This document shows, in pieces, positions 59,009-64,000 of a DNA stretch of 64,000 nt. The notes beneath the pieces were generated by a model. The model made no database searches and was not told the DNA's origin. It was given only the letters and a program-made list of their open reading frames with translations. The DNA is taken from positions 43,520 to 107,519 of the forward strand of contig CALXXY010000003.1 in NCBI GenBank assembly GCA_944392815.1, in the 5' to 3' direction. Origin of the DNA: an uncultured Alphaproteobacteria bacterium (GTDB taxonomy: Bacteria > Pseudomonadota > Alphaproteobacteria > Rs-D84). The translations under genes were made by a program, and so were the position numbers. Each line of letters starts with the position of its first letter. Position 1 is the stretch's first letter.

Positions 59009-59278
59009 CTAACGTGTTTTTTGATATTGCGCATGTGCCTGATTTTCTTTTTTGGCCCTCATCTGTGCAGCAAAATTTTTTGCCGCCGATTCTGGTGTGC
59101 TGTACAACCCCCACCATTTTTCAGACATCACATCGAAAAAGAATCTGCGCGCACCGTGGTGACGATATACGACAAACACATTAAAACCATCAATACGCTT
59201 ATCCTGCGTATACACCGCAAAAGGTCCACGCACATCTTGGATATTCCAATCAAAAATTTTTTTCATATTTACATGCAT
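59009..59278 (-). CDS. Small hypothetical protein (paralog of 59269-59571)
   Basis: Abuts rlmE and shares the pattern FDW...VY...G[FY]xVxVxYxxHG...EK...NF with its neighbour. Confidence 0.75.
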   Translation of the reverse strand: MHVNMKKIFDWNIQDVRGPFAVYTQDKRIDGFNVFVVYRHHGARRFFFDVMSEKWWGLYSTPESAAKNFAAQMRAKKENQAHAQYQKTR

Positions 59279-59571
59279 TTTTGTTGCCCCCTTTTGTATT
59301 CATTAACTTTTTTTCTTGTTTCCTTGTAAAAATTAATAGCATTGGCCAACGCGCGTTGTGGTGTCACCAATCCCAATTTTTCCATATCGGTCGGAAACAG
59401 CACACATTGATTGCCATGATACAGATAATCCACTTCGACCTCGTATCCCAACAAAACGCGTCCAGCATCTTTGTACACTTCATAACGTGGCCGCGGTGCT
59501 TTGACAGCAACCGGCGTCCAATCAAATTGTTGCCACCACCAATTTGCTTTAAATAAATCAGTCCACCTCAT
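59269..59571 (-). CDS. Small hypothetical protein (paralog of 59009-59278)
   Basis: TAATG coupling with the upstream M-domain gene and the same motif pattern as its neighbour. Confidence 0.75.
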   Translation of the reverse strand: MRWTDLFKANWWWQQFDWTPVAVKAPRPRYEVYKDAGRVLLGYEVEVDYLYHGNQCVLFPTDMEKLGLVTPQRALANAINFYKETRKKVNEYKRGQQKCM

Positions 59572-60089
59572 TAATTACCCTGCTTTTTCATTTTTTCCAT
59601 AACGGCCTCCATACCACCCATACGCTGAACCAATGCCATCTGCTGACGCATTTTAGTATATTGTTTGATAATATGTTCCACATCGCGCACAGTGCACCCA
59701 GCGGTTTCCGCAATACGTGTTTTTGCATTGGCAAAAATTTTTTCGGGTTCTGCACGTTCGGCTGGGGTCATGGCCTCCAGTATTCTGATTTGTGCATCAA
59801 CGCTGCCGTCCTTGATTTTTTCTTTCATCGCGGCCACAGCCCCCGACATTCCGGGCACCATTTTCAACAGCCCGCTGAAATTGCTCATTTTTTTAATCTG
59901 TTTCAATTGCGCCAGCATATCATTCATATCAAATTGTCCAGACATCATGCGCTGGGCAGTTTCTTTCATACCGCTGGGCATTTTTTCTTCTAATTTTTGT
60001 AATTCTTTTTCATCAATCTGCGCGGCTGCATTTTCATTTGCGGTTGTATCAATTGGTTTATTTGTTTTTTTCTTGCCAAATCCGAACAT
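59571..60089 (-). CDS. Stand-alone Ffh/SRP54 M-domain (signal-peptide-binding) protein
   Basis: GQFDMNDMLAQLKQIKKM...LKMVPGM...ILEAMTPAERAEPE...RIAETAGCTVRDVEHIIKQY matches the Ffh M domain. There is no NG GTPase domain. Confidence 0.85.
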   Translation of the reverse strand: MFGFGKKKTNKPIDTTANENAAAQIDEKELQKLEEKMPSGMKETAQRMMSGQFDMNDMLAQLKQIKKMSNFSGLLKMVPGMSGAVAAMKEKIKDGSVDAQIRILEAMTPAERAEPEKIFANAKTRIAETAGCTVRDVEHIIKQYTKMRQQMALVQRMGGMEAVMEKMKKQGN

Positions 60090-60130
60090 TCGATTTACTC
60101 CTTGGGTTAAATTCTGTTTATAACACTACT

Positions 60131-62989
60131 TTATTTTTTACGTGGCGCATTGTCCAGATACTTTTTCAAATACAGCCCCGTCAGCGAATCAGGATTTTCC
60201 GCCACCTGTTCTGGCGTACCAGTGGCGACAACACGTCCACCATTTGCGCCGCCCCCCGGGCCCAAATCAATAATCCAATCCGCTGTTTTAATCACTTCTA
60301 AATTATGTTCAATAACGATGACCGTATTGCCCGCATCAACCAATTCATGCAACACAGACAACAGCAATTTAATATCTGCGAAATGCAATCCCGTTGTCGG
60401 TTCGTCCAGGATATATATGGTTTGCCCGGTACTGCGCGCGGCCAATTCTTTGGACAATTTAATACGTTGCGCTTCGCCCCCGGACAAATCCAACGAACTT
60501 TGTCCCAATTTGATATAGTCCAACCCGACCCGCTTTAACAATTCCAATTTACGTGCAATTTGCGGAACGCTGCTGAAAAATCTGTACGCTTCTTCGACCG
60601 TCATATTTAACACATCGGCAATAGATTTGCCTTTGTATTTCACAGCCAACGTTTCGTCATTATACCGTGCGCCATGACATTTGTCGCATTCCACGTACAC
60701 ATCAGCCAAAAAATTCATTTCAATTTTTATCTGGCCATCGCCCTGACAGGCCTCGCACCGGCCGCCTTTGACATTAAACGAAAAACGCCCAGGCCCATAT
60801 CCGCGTGCCTTGGCCTCGGGCAAACCGGCAAAGAAATCGCGAATATTTGAAAACACACCTGTATACGTGGCCGGATTACTGCGTGGGGTGCGCCCGATTG
60901 GCGATTGATCAATATCGACAACCTTGTCCACATGTTCCATGCCACGAATAATATCATGCGCCCCTATTTCCAATTTGGAATTATACAACGCGCGCATTAA
61001 CGCTGGATACAACGTATCCAACAACAGCGTAGATTTTCCAGAACCCGACACCCCGGTCAACGCAACAAATTTGCCCAACGGAAAATCCACATTAACATTT
61101 TTCAGATTATTTTCACGTGCGCCCTGGATTGAAATCACGTGCCCATTACCCGAACGCCGCCGTTTTGGAACATCAATTTTGCGTTTCCCGGATAAATATT
61201 GCCCAGTCAACGAATCTTTATTTTTAATCACTTGGTCTGGGGTGCCGGCGGCAACCACGCGCCCACCATTAATCCCGGCCCCCGGCCCAATATCCACCAA
61301 AAAATCAGCGGCCCGCATAGCGTCTTCGTCATGTTCAACAACGATAACAGTGTTATCTTTGTCCCGCAGCGTTTTCAATGTATCCAATAATTTATCATTA
61401 TCACTTTGGTGCAACCCAATTGACGGTTCGTCCAACACATATAACACACCAGACAACCCACTGCCAATCTGTGACGCCAACCGAATACGTTGCGCTTCGC
61501 CCCCAGACAGCGTTCCCGCCATACGTGACAAAGTCAAATACCCCAGTCCCACATTTTTCAAAAATTGTAAACGACTGGTAATTTCGCGCAATATAACCCG
61601 TGCAATATCATTTTCCTTTTGCGACAAATGTTGCGGCAAATCAGTAAACCAGCGCAACGATTGATCCACAGACATATCGCACGCGTCCATAATATCCAGC
61701 CCATAAATTTTCACACACAATGCCTGGATATTTAAACGTTTTCCATGGCACACAGGACATGGTTTTTCAGATTGATATTTCGCCAATTCGGCACGCACGG
61801 CCTCGGAATCCGATTCGCGCCAACGGCGTTCTATATTTGGGATTACACCCTCGTACGGTTTTTCATAAACGAACCCATTCCAGTTTATTTTTATGGGCTC
61901 GTCACCACTGCCGTACAAAATAATATCTTTTTGTTGTTGCGTTAACGTATGCCACGGCTTGGACAGCGGTATTTTGTATTTTTTATGCAACGCGTCCAAC
62001 AAATGGTCAAATTGACTTAACATTCCGCCACGCGACCACGGCGCAATTGCACCGTCCAATATGGATTTAGACGGATCAGGTATCACCAAATCAGGCGACA
62101 TATTTAATTGTACACCCAACCCATCACACGCCTGGCATGCCCCCATTGGCGCATTAAACGAAAACAAACGTGGTTCGATTTTCGGCACAGTGAAACCACT
62201 GACGGGACACGCATAATTTTGCGAATATAAAATATCCTCGTTCGTGTCCAGACGTCGCACCAACACAGACCCCGGCACCAAACGCAGTGAACCTTCGAAC
62301 GACGCGAACATACGCGACCGAAATTCATCAGTATCGGCGTCCGACGCGCCCGCCGCCGGCATTTGCAATCTGTCAACAATAACAAATATGGTGTGTTTTT
62401 TATTTTTATCCAATGGTGGCACAGCCGACAAATCGTACAATTCGCCATCAATTATTGCGCGCTGATACCCCTGTTTTACCAAAAACGCAATTTCTTTCTT
62501 ATATTCACCCTTGCGTTCACGCACCAGCGGGGCCATTATGAAAATTTTCACCCCAGCCGGTATTTTCATGGTCCAATCAACCATTTCAGGTATAGTTTGC
62601 GATTTAATCGGCAACCCAGTCACCGGCGAATGCGGCACCCCAATACGCGCCCACAGCAAACGCAAATAATCATAAATTTCAGTCACAGTCCCAACCGTGG
62701 AACGCGGATTTTTCGACGTAGTTTTTTGTTCAATGGAAATTGCGGGCGACAGACCCTCGATTAAATCGACATCGGGCTTTTTCTGCATATCCAAAAATTG
62801 CCGTGCATACGACGACAGCGATTCGACATATCGACGCTGTCCCTCGGCATAAATGGTATTAAACGCCAACGACGATTTGCCCGACCCAGACACGCCAGTA
62901 AAGACCACCAATTTATTTTTTGGTATGTCCAAATCGATATTTCTAAGATTATTTTCGCGGGCCCCGCGAATTTTTATAATTCCAGCCAT
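60131..62989 (-). CDS. uvrA: Excinuclease ABC subunit A
   Basis: Two ABC ATPase modules ([21 protein letters not shown]) and zinc fingers. Start set at ATG 62989. Confidence 0.98.
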   Translation of the reverse strand: MAGIIKIRGARENNLRNIDLDIPKNKLVVFTGVSGSGKSSLAFNTIYAEGQRRYVESLSSYARQFLDMQKKPDVDLIEGLSPAISIEQKTTSKNPRSTVGTVTEIYDYLRLLWARIGVPHSPVTGLPIKSQTIPEMVDWTMKIPAGVKIFIMAPLVRERKGEYKKEIAFLVKQGYQRAIIDGELYDLSAVPPLDKNKKHTIFVIVDRLQMPAAGASDADTDEFRSRMFASFEGSLRLVPGSVLVRRLDTNEDILYSQNYACPVSGFTVPKIEPRLFSFNAPMGACQACDGLGVQLNMSPDLVIPDPSKSILDGAIAPWSRGGMLSQFDHLLDALHKKYKIPLSKPWHTLTQQQKDIILYGSGDEPIKINWNGFVYEKPYEGVIPNIERRWRESDSEAVRAELAKYQSEKPCPVCHGKRLNIQALCVKIYGLDIMDACDMSVDQSLRWFTDLPQHLSQKENDIARVILREITSRLQFLKNVGLGYLTLSRMAGTLSGGEAQRIRLASQIGSGLSGVLYVLDEPSIGLHQSDNDKLLDTLKTLRDKDNTVIVVEHDEDAMRAADFLVDIGPGAGINGGRVVAAGTPDQVIKNKDSLTGQYLSGKRKIDVPKRRRSGNGHVISIQGARENNLKNVNVDFPLGKFVALTGVSGSGKSTLLLDTLYPALMRALYNSKLEIGAHDIIRGMEHVDKVVDIDQSPIGRTPRSNPATYTGVFSNIRDFFAGLPEAKARGYGPGRFSFNVKGGRCEACQGDGQIKIEMNFLADVYVECDKCHGARYNDETLAVKYKGKSIADVLNMTVEEAYRFFSSVPQIARKLELLKRVGLDYIKLGQSSLDLSGGEAQRIKLSKELAARSTGQTIYILDEPTTGLHFADIKLLLSVLHELVDAGNTVIVIEHNLEVIKTADWIIDLGPGGGANGGRVVATGTPEQVAENPDSLTGLYLKKYLDNAPRKK

Positions 62990-63215
62990 AGCAAGGATAA
63001 ATATAGAAAAAATTCGGCAAATTGCAACCCCAACCAGCAAAAATAAGTTCCCCAGAAATCTGGGATTTTTACAGAAATAAAAAAGCCACCCAAAAACGGT
63101 GGTTTATTTTCGGCATTTGTTCATACGTATTTTACCCCAAAATCAGCCACTTTGTCAACGGCATTTTTGCCGTTTTTTATCCACCGTTTGCATTCGGCAC
63201 AATTTGGGGGATAAA

Positions 63216-63905
63216 ATGCAAAAATTAAATAATTTCATATACATGATTGCGGCGACATTTGTCGCAAATCTGGTGTATACGATGGACGCATTACACAACT
63301 ATGCAATGGCCGTCTATTATTGCCCACAGGAAATACGCACAGTATGGAAAACCGTGGAAACTGCTGCTGCCTCAGAAGTCAACTCCCTGGCTGCCACATG
63401 CGACGCCGTATGTCGCTGGTACACTATTTCACAATCTTATATGAACAGTTATTCCATTGGCAGCGGCCGCGAAGCTTGGGGAAACGCCTATTACTGTATG
63501 TGTCTGTATCGTTCCACATATGCGCGCACAACTGCGACGCCAGTTTATCGCAGTTGCGGCGTACTGTATTCGTGTGACCACTCAGACGCCACAATGGGTA
63601 CAGATCCATATCAATCATATGAAGTGTATACATCACGCAACGCAGGATATGCCGCCTTTGCCCCAGGAGCAAGGGGACGATTAACAGATATATCATGCTG
63701 TCCGGGCACGGGCACCAACGGCGAATTGGCATACTTTCTGGGCATGGGATCTAATGTCTATGTCGCCAGTCCATATGTTGTTGTACATTCATACCCAGAC
63801 GCCAACAATATTACACAGTGCTATGTCCAGGCACAGGACGGATTCACCGACCCCAGTGGCACATGGGTATACGATTCCGATTGTCGTTATCAACAGGGAT
63901 ATTAA
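63216..63905 (+). CDS. Secreted Cys/Tyr-rich protein with a C-terminal FTDPSGTWVYDSDC module
   Basis: GGGGG RBS, N-terminal hydrophobic leader ending AMA, homolog fragment at 24498 and a terminator downstream. Confidence 0.8.
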   Translation: MQKLNNFIYMIAATFVANLVYTMDALHNYAMAVYYCPQEIRTVWKTVETAAASEVNSLAATCDAVCRWYTISQSYMNSYSIGSGREAWGNAYYCMCLYRSTYARTTATPVYRSCGVLYSCDHSDATMGTDPYQSYEVYTSRNAGYAAFAPGARGRLTDISCCPGTGTNGELAYFLGMGSNVYVASPYVVVHSYPDANNITQCYVQAQDGFTDPSGTWVYDSDCRYQQGY

Positions 63906-63928
63906 AAAACGGGGCGTGCCCCGTTTTT

Positions 63929-64000
63929 TTAAATCAAATCGTCTGGTGACAAAGAAATCCCAGATACACGTTCGTGATCGCCGCCCTGCTTTGGCGCCAA
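63929..64000 (-). CDS. C-terminal end of a gene entering from beyond the window
   Basis: Open frame LAPKQGGDHERVSGISLSPDDLI* ending at a bidirectional terminator hairpin. Confidence 0.45.
   Translation of the reverse strand: MAPKQGGDHERVSGISLSPDDLI

Overview
This is a 64 kb chromosomal window from a compact Alphaproteobacterium. GcrA, lpxA-lpxB, ybgC-tolQ-tolR-tolA and hisS-prfA support that class. The many orphan Cys-rich secreted proteins suggest an uncultured host-associated lineage such as Rs-D84 / 'Ca. Enterousia', which is inference only. Most genes are housekeeping (pfkA, ruvB, argS, rplM-rpsI, tig, thyA, rpsA, adk, leuS, prfA, hisS, tkt, rnhA, rlmE, uvrA), plus six tRNAs. I recognise no integrase, transposase, reverse transcriptase, cas gene or rRNA. 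The window appears to span the replication terminus. A near-canonical dif site lies at 48809-48836, and gene orientation and a GGG(C/T)GGGG octamer both converge on it. The most unusual signals are: (1) five regularly spaced extra XerD-arm copies, inverted relative to dif and directly beside it; (2) a family of structured, attenuator-like 5' leaders upstream of secreted or outer-membrane protein genes; (3) Cys-rich secreted genes sharing a C-terminal module, present as intact genes and as headless copies next to mosaic REP-like palindromes; (4) a stand-alone Ffh (SRP54) M-domain gene with altered RNA-binding motifs, in an operon with two small paralogs and rlmE. All calls come from reading the sequence and the supplied ORFs by eye. 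No database searches were run.
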